From Utricularia gibba (Eukaryota > Plantae > Magnoliophyta), in NCBI GenBank assembly GCA_002189035.1, contig NEEC01000138.1, positions 1 to 20,617 of the forward strand: a stretch of DNA of 20,617 nt, given 5' to 3'. Of this stretch, positions 1 to 13,750 are shown in pieces. A model generated the notes under the pieces. That model was not told the DNA's origin and searched no databases. It was given only the letters and a program-made list of their open reading frames with translations. The stretch's first letter is position 1. Every line of letters starts with the position of its first letter. The translations under genes and the position numbers were made by a program.

Positions 1-3000
1 AAACCATTTGGGGTGCTCATGACATCCTAACTTCAATAAATGCATCACGATTTTCGTCGAATAGGACCCGATTGGGCTCAGGAGTCGAACCGAACCTTGG
101 GTCCGGACGAACTTCCAACGAAAACCCCACCCAAAAACGACAAGCTTTTCCTTCAGAAACCATGTAGGCAGCTGCCGAAAACCCAACGTTAATAAATGGA
201 TCACTTTTTTCCGGGCTACAAATGACTATGGGCCCGAGCCCGACCCGACCTCCGGCCCGATCCTGGTGCCCCTCGAGAGCGCCTCCTCAAATATAAAGCT
301 TGTGGATGAGAAAACCATTTGGGGTGCTCATGACATCCTAACTTCAATAAATGCATCACGATTTTCGTCGAATAGGACCCGATTGGGCTCAGGAGTCGAA
401 CAGAACCTTGGGTCCGGACGAACTTCCCAATGAAAGCACCCCAAAAACACAAGCTTTTCCTTCAGAAACCATGTAGGCAGCTGCCGAAAACCCAACGTTA
501 ATAAATGGATCACTTTTTTTGCCGGCTACAAATGACTATGGGCCCGAGCCCGACCCGACCTCCGCCCGATCCTGGTGCCCCTCGAGAGCGCCTCCTCAAA
601 AAAGCTTGTGGATGAGAAAACCATTTGGGGTGCTCATGACATCCTAACTTCAATAAATGCATCACGATTTTCGTCGAATAGGACCCGATTGGGCTCAGGA
701 GTCGAACGAACCTTGGGTCCGGACGAACTTCCCAACGAAAGCACCCAAAAAAACGACAAGCTTTTCCTTCAGAAACCATGTAGCAGCTGCCGAAAACCCA
801 ACGTTAATAAATGGATCACTTTTTTTGCCGGGCTACAAATGACTATGGGCCCGAGCCCGACCCGACCTCCGGCCCGATCCTGGTGCCCCTCGAGAGCGCC
901 TCCTCAAATATAAAGCTTGTGGTGAGAAAACCATTTGGGGTGCTCATGACATCCTAACTTCAATAAATGCATCACGATTTTCGTCGAATAGGACCCGATT
1001 GGGCTCAGGAGTCGAACGAACCTTGGGTCCGGACGAACTCCCAATGAAAGCACCCACCAAAAACGACAAGCTTTTCCTTCAGAAACCATGTAGGCAGCTG
1101 CCGAAAAACCCAACGTTAATAAATGGATCACTTTTTTTGCCGGGCTACAAATGACTATGGGCCCGAGCCCGACCCGACCTCCGGCCCGATCCTGGTGCCC
1201 CTCGAGAGCGCCTCCTCAAATATAAAGCTTGTGGATGAGAAAACCATTTGGGGTGCTCATGACATCCTAACTTCAATAAATGCATCACGATTTTCGTCGA
1301 ATAGGACCCGATTGGGCTCAGGAGTCGAACCGAACCTTGGGTCCGGACGAACTTCCCAATGAAAGCACCCAAAAAAGACAAGCTTTTCCTTCAGAAACCA
1401 TGTAGGCAGCTGCCGAAAACCAACGTTAATAAATGGATCACTTTTTTTCCGGGCTACAAATGACTATGGGCCCGAGCCGACCCGACCTCCGGCCCGATCC
1501 TGGTGCCCCTCGAGAGCGCCTCCTCAAATAAAAAGCTGTGGTTGAGAAAACCATTTGGGGTGCTCATGACATCCTAACTTCAATAAATGCATCACGATTT
1601 TCGTCGAATAGGACCCGATTGGGCTCAGGAGTCGAACCGAACCTTGGGTCCGGACGAACTTCCCAACGAAAGCACCCACCCAAAAACGACAAGCTTTTCC
1701 TTCAGAAACCATGTAGGCAGCTGCCGAAAACCCAACGTTAATAAATGGATCACTTTTTTCCGGGCTACAAATGACTATGGCCCGAGCCGACCCGACCTCC
1801 GGCCCGATCCTGGTGCCCCTCGAGAGCGCCTCCTCAAATATAAAGCTGTGGATGAGAAAACCATTTGGGGTGCTCATGACATCCTAACTTCAATAAATGC
1901 ATCACGATTTTCGTCGAATAGGACCCGATTGGGCTCAGGAGTCGAACCGAACCTTGGGTCCGGACGAACTTCCCAACGAAAGCACCCACCAAAACGACAA
2001 GCTTTTCCTTCAGAAACAAAAGTGCTGCCGAAAACCCAACGTTAATAAATGGATCACTTTTTTTCCCGGGCTACAAATGACTATGGCCCCGAGCCCGACG
2101 ACCTCCCCCGATCCTGGTGCCCCTCGAGAGCGCCTCCTCAAATATAAAGCTTGTGGATGAGAAAACCATTTGGGGTGCTCATGACATCCTAACTTCAATA
2201 AATGCATCACGATTTTCGTCGAATAGGACCCGATTGGGCTCAGGAGTCGAACCGAACCTTGGGTCCGGACGAACTTCCCAACGAAAGCACCCACCAAAAA
2301 CGACAAGCTTTTCCTTCAGAAACCATGTAGCAGCTGCCGAAAACCCAACGTTAATAAATGGATCACTTTTTTTGCCGGGCTACAAATGACTATGGGCCCG
2401 AGCCCGACCCGACCTCCGGCCCGATCCTGGTGCCCCTCGAGAGCGCCTCCTCAAATAAAAAGCTGTGGTTGAGAAAACCATTTGGGGTGCTCATGACATC
2501 CTAACTTCAATAAATGCATCACGATTTTCGTCGAATAGGACCCGATTGGGCTCAGGAGTCGAACCGAACCTTGGGTCCGGACGAACTTCCCAACGAAAGC
2601 ACCCACCCAAAAACGACAAGCTTTTCCTTCAGAAACCATGTAGGCAGCTGCCGAAAACCCAACGTTAATAAATGGATCACTTTTTTTCCGGGCTACAAAT
2701 GACTATGGGCCCGAGCCGACCCGACCTCCGGCCCGATCCTGGTGCCCCTCGAGAGCGCCTCCTCAAATATAAAAGCTGTGGTTGAGAAAACCATTTGGGG
2801 TGCTCATGACATCCTAACTTCAATAAATGCATCACGATTTTCGTCGAATAGGACCCGATTGGGCTCAGGAGTCGAACGAACCTTGGGTCCGGACGAACTT
2901 CCCAACGAAAGCACCCACCCAAAAACGACAAGCTTTTCCTTCAGAAACCATGTAGGCAGCTGCCGAAAACCCAACGTTAATAAATGGATCACTTTTTTCC

Positions 3001-6000
3001 GGCTACAAATGACTATGGCCCGAGCCGACCCGACCTCCGGCCCGATCCTGGTGCCCCTCGAGAGCGCCTCCTCAAATATAAAGCTTGTGGATGAGAAAAC
3101 CATTTGGGGTGCTCATGACATCCTACTTCAATAAATGCATCACGATTTTCGTCGAATAGGACCCGATTGGGCTCAGGAGTCGAACCGAACCTTGGGTCCG
3201 GACGAACTTCCCAATGAAGCACCCAAAAAAACGACAAGCTTTTCCTTCAGAAACCATGTAGCAGCTGCCGAAAACCCAACGTTAATAAATGGATCACTTT
3301 TTTTCCGGGCTACAAATGACTATGGCCCGAGCCCGACCCGACCTCCGCCGATCCTGGTGCCCCTCGAGAGCGCCTCCTCAAATATAAAGCTTGTGGATGA
3401 GAAAACCATTTGGGGTGCTCATGACATCCTAACTTCAATAAATGCATCACGATTTTCGTCGAATAGGACCCGATTGGGCTCAGGAGTCGAACCGAACCTT
3501 GGGTCCGGACGAACTTCCCAATGAAAGCACCCAACCAAAAACGACAAGCTTTTCCTTCAGAAACCATGTAAGCAGCTGCCGAAAACCCAACGTTAATAAA
3601 TGGATCACTTTTTTCCCGGGCTACAATGACTATGGGCCCGAGCCCGACCCGACCTCCGGCCCGATCCTGGTGCCCCTCGAGAGCGCCTCCTCAAATAAAA
3701 GCTTGTGGATGAGAAAACCATTTGGGGTGCATGACATCCTAACTTCAATAAATGCATCACGATTTTCGTCGAATAGGACCCGATTGGCTCAGGAGTCGAA
3801 CCGAACCTTGGGTCCGGACGAACTTCCCAACGAAAGCACCCACCAAAAACGACAAGCTTTTCCTTCAGAAACCATGTAGCAGCTGCCGAAAACCCAACGT
3901 TAATAAATGGATCACTTTTTTTCCCGGGCTACAAATGACTATGGGCCCGAGCCCGACCCGACCTCCGGCCCGATCCTGGTGCCCTCGAGAGCGCCTCCTC
4001 AAATAAAAAAAGCTTGTGGTTGAGAAAACCATTTGGGGTGCTCATGACATCCTAACTTCAATAAATGCATCACGATTTTCGTCGAATAGGACCCGATTGG
4101 GCTCAGGAGTCGAACAGAACCTTGGGTCCGGATGAACTTCCCAATGAAAGCACCCACCAAAAACGACAAGCTTTTCCTTCAGAAACATGTAGGCAGCTGC
4201 CGAAAACCCAACGTTAATAAATGGATCACTTTTTTTCCGGGCTACAAATGACTATGGCCCGAGCCCGACCCGACCTCCAGCCCGATCCTGGTGCCCCTCG
4301 AGAGCGCCTCCTCAAATATAAGCTTGTGGATGAGAAAACCATTTGGGTGCTCATGACATCCTAACTTCAATAAATGCATCACGATTTTCGTCGAATAGGA
4401 CCCGATTGGGCTCAGGAGTCGAACCGAACCTTGGGTCCGGACGAACTTCCCAACGAAAGCACCCACCCAAAAACGACAAGCTTTTCCTTCAGAAACAATG
4501 TAGGCAGCTGCCGAAAACCCAACGTTAATAAATGGATCACTTTTTTTGCCGGGCTACAAATGACTATGGCCCGAGCCCGACCCGACCTCCGCCCGATCCT
4601 GGTGCCCCTCGAGAGCGCCTCCTCAATAAAGCTTGTGGATGAGAAAACCATTTGGGGTGCTCATGACATCCTAACTTCAATAAATGCATCACGATTTTCG
4701 TCGAATAGGACCCGATTGGGCTCAGGAGTCGAACCGAACCTTGGGTCCGGACGAACTTCCCAATGAAAGCACCCAACCAAAAACGACAAGCTTTTCCTTC
4801 AGAAACCATGTAAGCAGCTGCCGAAAACCCAACGTTAAAAATGGATCACTTTTTTTCCGGGCTACAAATGACTATGGGCCCGAGCCCGACCCGACCTCCG
4901 CCGATCCTGGTGCCCCTCGAGAGCGCCTCCTCAAATATAAAGCTTGTGGATGAGAAAACCATTTGGGGTGCTCATGACATCCTAACTTCAAAAAATGCAT
5001 CACGATTTTCGTCGAATAGGACCCGATTGGGCTCAGGAGTCGAACCGAACCTTGGGTCCGGACGAACTTCCCAATGAAAGCACCAACCAAAAAACGACAA
5101 GCTTTTCCTTCAGAAAAATGTAGCAGCTGCCGAAAACCCAACGTTAATAAATGGATCACTTTTTTTGCCGGGCTACAAATGACTATGGCCCGAGCCCGAC
5201 CCGACCTCCGGCCCGATCCTGGTGCCCCTCGAGAGCGCCTCCTCAAATAAAAGCTTGTGGATGAGAAAACCATTTGGGGTGCTCATGACATCCTAACTTC
5301 AATAAATGCATCACGATTTTCGTCGAATAGGACCCGATTGGGCTCAGGAGTCGAACCGAACCTTGGGTCCGGACGAACTTCCCAACGAAAGCACCCACCA
5401 AAAACGACAAGCTTTTCCTTCAGAAACCATGTAGGCAGCTGCCGAAAACCAACGTTAATAAATGGATCACTTTTTTTGCCGGGCTACAAATGACTATGGG
5501 CCCGAGCCCGACCCGACCTCCGGCCCGATCCTGGTGCCCCTCGAGAGCGCCTCCTCAAATAAAAAGCTGTGGATGAGAAAACCATTTGGGGTGCTCATGA
5601 TCCTAACTTCAATAAATGCATCACGATTTTCGTCGAATAGGACCCGATTGGGCTCAGGAGTCGAACCGAACCTTGGGTCCGGACGAACTTCCCAACGAAA
5701 GCACCCACCAAAACGACAAGCTTTTCCTTCAGAAACCATGTAGCAGCTGCCGAAAACCCAACGTTAATAAATGGATCACTTTTTTTCCCGGGCTACAAAT
5801 GACTATGGCCGAGCCCGACCCGACCTCCGGCCCGATCCTGGTGCCCCTCGAGAGCGCCTCCTCAAATATAAAGCTTGTGGATGAGAAAACCATTTGGGGT
5901 GCTCATGACATCCTAACTTCAATAAATGCATCACGATTTTCGTCGAATAGGACCCGATTGGGCTCAGGAGTCGAACCGAACCTTGGGTCCGGACGAACTT

Positions 6001-7990
6001 CCCAATGAAAGCACCCACCAAAAACGACAAGCTTTTCCTTCAGAAACCATGTAGCAGCTGCCGAAAACCCAACGTTAATAAATGGATCACTTTTTTTGCC
6101 GGGCTACAAATGACTATGGCCCGAGCCGACCCGACCTCCGCCCGATCCTGGTGCCCCTCGAGAGCGCCTCCTCAAATATAAAGCTTGTGGATGAGAAAAC
6201 CATTTGGGGTGCTCATGACATCCTAACTTCAATAAATGCATCACGATTTTCGTCGAATAGGACCCGATTGGGCTCAGGAGTCGAACCGAACCTTGGGTCC
6301 GGACGAACTTCCCAACGAAAGCACCCACCAAAAACGACAAGCTTTTCCTTCAGAAACCATGTAAGCAGCTGCCGAAAACCCAACGTTAATAAATGGATCA
6401 CTTTTTTTCCCGGCTACAAATGACTATGGGCCCGAGCCCGACCCGACCTCCGGCCCGATCCTGGTGCCCCTCGAGAGCGCCTCCTCAAATATAAAGCTTG
6501 TGGATGAGAAAACCATTTGGGGTGCTCATGACATCCTAACTTCAATAAATGCATCACGATTTTCGTCGAATAGGACCCGATTGGGCTCAGGAGTCGAACC
6601 GAACCTTGGGTCCGGACGAACTTCCCAACGAAAGCACCCACCAAAAACGACAAGCTTTTCCTTCAGAAACCATGTAGGCAGCTGCCGAAAACCCAACGTT
6701 AATAAATGGATCACTTTTTTTGCCGGGCTACAAATGACTATGGCCCGAGCCCGACCCGACCTCCGCCCGATCCTGGTGCCCCTCGAGAGCGCCTCCTCAA
6801 ATAAAGCTTGTGGTGAGAAAACCATTTGGGGTGCTCATGACATCCTAACTTCAAAAATGCATCACGATTTCGTCGAATAGGACCCGATTGGGCTCAGAGT
6901 CGAACCGAACCTTGGGTCCGGACGAACTTCCCAATGAAAGCACCCAACCAAAAACGACAAGCTTTTCCTTCAGAAACCATGTAGGCAGCTGCCGAAAACC
7001 CAACGTTAATAAATGGATCACTTTTTTTGCCGGGCTACAAATGACTATGGGCCCGAGCCCGACCCGACCTCCGGCCCGATCCTGGTGCCCCTCGAGAGCG
7101 CCTCCTCAAATATAAAGCTTGTGGATGAGAAAACCATTTGGGGTGCTCATGACATCCTAACTTCAATAAATGCATCACGATTTTCGTCGAATAGGACCCG
7201 ATTGGGCTCAGGAGTCGAACCGAACCTTGGGTCCGGACGAACTTCCCAACGAAAGCACCCAACCAAAAACGACAAGCTTTTCCTTCAGAAACCATGTAGC
7301 AGCTGCCGAAAACCCAACGTTAATAAATGGATCACTTTTTTTCCCGGGCTACAAATGACTATGGGCCCGAGCCCGACCCGACCTCCGGCCCGATCCTGGT
7401 GCCCTCGAGAGCGCCTCCTCAAATATAAAAGCTTGTGGTTGAGAAAACCATTTGGGGTGCTCATGACATCCTAACTTCAATAAATGCATCACGATTTTCG
7501 TCGAATAGGACCCGATTGGGCTCAGGAGTCGAACCGAACCTTGGGTCCGGACGAACTTCCCAATGAAAGCACCCAAAAAAACGACAAGCTTTTCCTTCAG
7601 AAACCATGTAGCAGCTGCCGAAAACCCAACGTTAATAAATGGATCACTTTTTTTCCCGGGCTACAAATGACTATGGGCCCGAGCCCGACCGACCTCCGGC
7701 CCGATCCTGGTGCCCCTCGAGAGCGCCTCCTCAAATAAAAAGCTGTGGAAAAACCATTTGGGGTGCTCATGACATCCTAACTTCAATAAATGCATCACGA
7801 TTTTCGTCGAATAGGACCCGATTGGGCTCAGGAGTCGAACCGAACCTTGGGTCCGGACGAACTTCCCAATGAAAGCACCCAACCAAAAACGACAAGCTTT
7901 TCCTTCAGAAACCATGTAGCAGCTGCCGAAAACCCAACGTTAATAAATGGATCACTTTTTTTGCCGGGCTACAAATGACTATGGGCCGAG
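1..7990 (+). repeat. Homogeneous block of 25+ consecutive full-length units
   Basis: 26 counted unit starts from 1 to 7751 (25 intervals, mean 310 bp, range about 305-314). Differences are mostly 1-bp indels in homopolymers. Confidence 0.95.
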
Positions 7991-8945
7991 CCCGACCGAC
8001 CTAAGATCCTCAAATAAAAGCATCATTTGGGGTGCTCATGACATCCTAACTTCAATAAATGCATCACGATTTTCGTCGAATAGGACCCGATTGGGCTCAG
8101 GAGTCGAACAACCTTGGGTCCGGACGAACTTCCCAATGAAAGCACCCACCAAAAACGACAAGCTTTTCCTTCAGAAATGTAAGCAGCTGCCGAAAACCCA
8201 ACGTTAATAAATGGATCACTTTTTTCCCGGCTACAAATGACTATGGGCCCGAGCCCGACCCGACCTCCGGCCCGATCCTGGTGCCCCTCGAGAGCGCCTC
8301 CTCAAATATAAAGCTTGTGGATGAGAAAACCATTTGGGGTGCTCATGACATCCTAACTTCAATAAATGCATCACGATTTTCGTCGAATAGGACCCGATTG
8401 GGCTCAGGAGTCGAACGAACCTTGGGTCCGGACGAACTTCCCAATGAAAGCACCCATGTGTAGGCAGCTGCCGAAAACCCAACGTTAATAAATGGATCAC
8501 TTTTTTTCCACCCTAAGAGCGAGCTGCCATATGGCATCACGATTAATAACCCGATGGAGGAGTCGACCTTGCCGGACGAACTTTTCCTGGTAGCAATTAA
8601 TAAATGGATCACTTTTTTTCCGGGCTACAAATGACTATGGCCCGAGCCCGACCCGACCTCCGCCCGATCCTGGTGCCCCTCGAGAGCGCCTCCTCAAATA
8701 TAAAGCTTGTGGAAGAAAACCATTTGGGGTGCTCATGACATCCTAACTTCAATAAATGCATCACGATTTTCGTCGAATAGGACCCGATTGGGCTCAGGAG
8801 TCGAACCGAACCTTGGGTCCGGACGAACTTCCCAATGAAAGCACCCAACCAAAAACAAGAGGTAGCAGCTTTGGATCACTACAAATGACCCCGAGTCCGA
8901 AGAGCGCCTCCTCAAATAAAAGCTCCATTTGGGGTGGACATCCTA
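7991..8945 (+). repeat. Partly disrupted block with condensed/deleted units between intact ones
   Basis: Shortened segments near 8000-8030, 8455-8600 and 8845-8945 are made of unit fragments in their normal order. Confidence 0.85.
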
Positions 8946-10672
8946 ACTTCAATAAATGCATCACGATTTTCGTCGAATAGGACCGATTGGGCTCAGGAGT
9001 CGAACCGAACCTTGGGTCCGGACGAACTTCCCAACGAAAGCACCCACCAAAAAACGACAAGCTTTTCCTTCAGAAAGTAGGCAGCTGCCGAAAACCCAAC
9101 GTTAATAAATGGATCACTTTTTTTGCCGGGCTACAAATGACTATGGGCCCGAGCCCGACCCGACCTCCGCCCGATCCTGGTGCCCCTCGAGAGCGCCTCC
9201 TCAAATAAAAAGCTGTGGTTGAGAAAACCATTTGGGGTGCTCATGACATCCTAACTTCAATAAATGCATCACGATTTTCGTCGAATAGGACCCGATGGGC
9301 TCAGGAGTCGAACCGAACCTTGGGTCCGGACGAACTTCCCAATGAAAGCACCCACCAAAAACGACAAGCTTTTCCTTCAGAAACCATGTAGCAGCTGCCG
9401 AAAACCCAACGTTAATAAATGGATCACTTTTTTTGCCGGGCTACAAATGACTATGGCCCGAGCCCGACCCGACCTCCGGCCCGATCCTGGTGCCCCTCGA
9501 GAGCGCCTCCTCAAATATAAAGCTTGTGGATGAGAAAACCATTTGGGGTGCTCATGACATCCTAACTTCAATAAATGCATCACGATTTTCGTCGAATAGG
9601 ACCCGATTGGGCTCAGGAGTCGAACCGAACCTTGGGTCCGGACGAACTTCCCAATGAAAGCACCCAACCAAAAACGACAAGCTTTTCCTTCAGAAACATG
9701 TAGCAGCTGCCGAAAACCCAACGTTAATAAATGGATCACTTTTTTTGCCGGGCTACAAATGACTATGGGCCCGAGCCGACCCGACCTCCGGCCCGATCCT
9801 GGTGCCCCTCGAGAGCGCCTCCTCAAATATAAAGCTTGTGGATGAGAAAACCATTTGGGGTGCTCATGACATCCTAACTTCAATAAATGCATCACGATTT
9901 TCGTCGAATAGGACCCGATTGGGCTCAGGAGTCGAACCGAACCTTGGGTCCGGACGAACTTCCCAACGAAAGCACCCAACCAAAAACGACAAGCTTTTCC
10001 TTCAGAAACCATGTAGGCAGCTGCCGAAAACCCAACGTTAATAAATGGATCACTTTTTTTGCCGGGCTACAAATGACTATGGGCCCGAGCCCGACCCGAC
10101 CTCCGGCCCGATCCTGGTGCCCCTCGAGAGCGCCTCCTCAAATATAAAGCTTGTGGATGAGAAAACCATTTGGGGTGCTCATGACATCCTAACTTCAATA
10201 AATGCATCACGATTTTCGTCGAATAGGACCCGATTGGGCTCAGGAGTCGAACCGAACCTTGGGTCCGGACGAACTTCCCAATGAAAGCACCCACCAAAAA
10301 ACGACAAGCTTTTCCTTCAGAAACCATGTAGGCAGCTGCCGAAAACCAACGTTAATAAATGGATCACTTTTTTTGCCGGGCTACAAATGACTATGGCCCG
10401 AGCCCGACCCGACCTCCGCCCGATCCTGGTGCCCCTCGAGAGCGCCTCCTCAAATATAAAGCTTGTGGATGAGAAAACCATTTGGGGTGCTCATGACATC
10501 CTAACTTCAATAAATGCATCACGATTTTCGTCGAATAGGACCCGATTGGGCTCAGGAGTCGAACCGAACCTTGGGTCCGGACGAACTTCCCAATGAAAGC
10601 ACCCAACCAAAAACGACAAGCTTTTCCTTCAGAAACCATGTAGGCAGCTGCCGAAAACCCAACGTTAATAAA
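8946..10672 (+). repeat. Homogeneous block, about 5.5 full-length units
   Basis: Regular ~311-314 bp spacing of all unit motifs. Confidence 0.92.
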
Positions 10673-13600
10673 TGGATCACTATGACTATGGGACCCGAGC
10701 CCGAACCCGACCTTCCCGGCACCGATCCTAGAGCGCCTCCTCAAATAAAAAGCCCCTCGAGGCGCCTCGGAGTCGAAATTGCCTCCTTTTCAGTAAAAAA
10801 CCCAACGTTAATAAATGGATCACTTTTTTTGTATTATGTCCGGACTCCTGAGAAAATATAAAGCTTGTGGATGAGAAAACCATTTGGGGTGCTCATGACA
10901 TCCTAACTTCAATAAATGCATCACGATTTTCGTCGAATAGGACCCGATTGGGCTCAGGAGTCGAACCGAACCTTGGGTCCGGACGAACTTCCCAACGAAA
11001 GCACCCAAAAAACGACAAGACTATTTCCTTGCAGAAAATATAAAGCCCATTTGATGACAGCAATAACCCGAACGCTTTTCCGGGCTACAAATGACTATGG
11101 CCCGAGCCCGAATCCCCCCTCGAATCCTGTTTTCGTCCCCGAGAGGAGTCAGCTTGCCACTCATTTAACTTCCAACGGGCTATCAACTTGGGTTAACGAA
11201 AGCACCCAACCAAAAACGACAAGCTTTTCCTTCAGAAACCATGGCAGCTGCCGAAAACCCAACGTTAATAAATGGATCACTACCCCCCCGACCCGACCCG
11301 ACCTCCGGCCCGATCCTGGTGCCCCTCGAGAGCGCCTCAAACAAATATAAAGCCCGATTGGAGGATCGAACCGAAAACTTCCCATTTGGGGCTGCTCACT
11401 TTTTTTCCGGGCTACAAATGACTATGGGCCCGAGCCGACCCGACCTCCGGCCCGATCCTGGTGCCCCTCGAGAGCGCCTCCTCAAATATAAAGCTTGTGG
11501 ATGAGAAAACCATTTGGGGTGCTCATGACATCCTAACTTCAATAAATGCATCACGATTTTCGTCGAATAGGACCCGATTGGGCTCAGGAGTCGAACCGAA
11601 CCTTGGGTCCGGACGAACTTCCCAATGAAAGCACCCACCAAAAACGACAAGCTTTTCCTTCAGAAACCATGTAGGCAGCTGCCGAAAACCCAACGTTAAT
11701 AAATGGATCACTTTTTTTGCCGGGCTACAAATGACTATGGGCCCGAGACCCGACCTCCGGCCTGATCCTGCTTGTGCCCCTCGCAGAGCGCCTCCTCAAA
11801 TAAACGTTGTGGATGATGGATCACTTTTTTTGCCGGGGCTATCATGACATATGAACTTCAATAAATGCATCACGATTTTCGTCGAATAGGACCCGATTGG
11901 GCTCAGGAGTCGAACCGAACCTTGGGTCCGGACGAACTTCCCAACGAAAGCACCCACCCAAAAACGACAAGCTTTTCCTTCAGAAACCATGTAGCAGCCC
12001 TCGAGACTATTCCTCAGAAAATATAAAGCTTGTGGATGAGAAAACCATTTGGGGTGCTCATGACATCCTAACTTCAATAAATGCATCACGATTTTCGTCG
12101 AATAGGACCCGATTGGGCTCAGGAGTCGAACCGAACCTTGGGTCCGGACGAACTTCCCAACGTTAATAAATGGATCACTTTTTTTGCCGGGCTACAAATG
12201 ACCCCGAAACCATCCTGTAGAGCGCCGCTTGCCCGGGATTAATAAATTGGAGTCGAACCGAACCTTGGGTCCGGACGAACTTCCCAATTGAAACCCAAAA
12301 GCAGCTGGTCCGGCCCGATCCTGGTGCCCCTCGAGAGCGCCTCCTCAAATATAAAGCTTGTGGATGAGAAAACCATTTGGGGTGCTCATGACATCCTAAC
12401 TTCAATAAATGCATCACGATTTTCGTCGAATAGGACCCGATTGGGCTCAGGAGTCGAACCGAACCTTGGGTCCGGACGAACTTCCCAATGAAAGCACCCA
12501 CCCAAAAACGACAAGCTTTTCCTGGAACGACATGTAGGAGTCGAACCTGCCGAAAAACGATTAATGGTGCCGATGGATCACTTTTTTTGCCGGGCTACAA
12601 ATGACTATGGCCCGAGCCCGACCCGACCTCCGGCCCGATCCTGGTGCCCCTCGAGAGCGCCTCCTCAAATATAAAGCTTGTGGAGCATCACGATTTTCGT
12701 CGAATAGGACCCGATTGGGCTCAGGAGTCGAACCGAACCTTGGGTCCGGACGAACTTCCCATGACATCCTAACTTCAACAAATGAATTGCATCACGATTT
12801 TCGTCGAATAGGACCCGATTGGGCTCAGGAGTCGAACCGAACCTTGGGTCCGGACGAACTTCCCAACGAAAGCACCCACCAAAAACGACAAGCTTTTCCT
12901 TCAGAAACATGTAGGCAGCTGCCGAAAACCCAACGTTAATAAATGGATCACTTTTTTTGCCGGGCTACAAATGACTATGGGCCCGAGCCCGACCCGACCT
13001 CCGGCCCGATCCTGGTGCCCCTCGAGAGCGCCTCCTCAAATAAAAGCTTGTGGTGAGAAAACCATTTGGGGTCATGACATCCTAACTTCAATAAATGCAT
13101 CACGATTTTCGTCGAATAGGACCCGATTGGGCTCAAGTCGAACCGAACCTTGGGTCCGGACGAACTTCCCAACGAAAGCACCCACCAAAAACGACAAGCT
13201 TTTCCTTCAGAAACCATGTAGCAGCTGCCGAAAACCCAACGTTAATAAATGGATCACTTTTTTTCCGGGCTACAAATGACTATGGGCCGAGCCCGACCCG
13301 ACCTCCGGCCCGATCCTGGTGCCCCTCGAGAGCCTCCGAGAAAACCATTTGGGGTGCTCATGACATCCTAACTTCAATAAATGCATCACGATTTTCGTCG
13401 AATAGGACCCGATCTCAGGAGTCGAACCGAACCTTGGGTCCGGACGAACTTCCCAATGAAAGCACCCAACCAAAAACGACAAGCTTTTCCTTCAGAAACC
13501 ATGTAGCAGCTGCCGAAAACCCAACGTTAATAAATGGATCACTGGGCTACAAATGACTATGGGCCGAACCCGAACAAAAATATAAAGCTTGTGGATGAGA

Positions 13601-13750
13601 AAACCATTTGGGGTGCTCATGACATCCTAACTTCAATAAATGCATCACGATTTTCGTCGAATAGGACCCGATTGGGCTCAGGAGTCGAACCGAACCTTGG
13701 GTCCGGACGAACTTCCCAATGAAAGCACCCACCGTTGATCCTCAAACCCA
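10673..13750 (+). repeat. Mosaic block: intact units interleaved with truncated, condensed and chimeric units
   Basis: Breaks at about 10680-10860, 11020-11400, 11750-11860, 11995-12030, 12155-12310, 12520-12790, 13330, 13540-13580 and 13730-13750. Intervening sequence remains largely unit-derived. Confidence 0.85.

Noticed and set aside
1-7750. A larger higher-order period (e.g. 3 units, since units at 1548 and 2475 look alike)
   Set aside because: Variant patterns across 25 units do not repeat with any fixed period.
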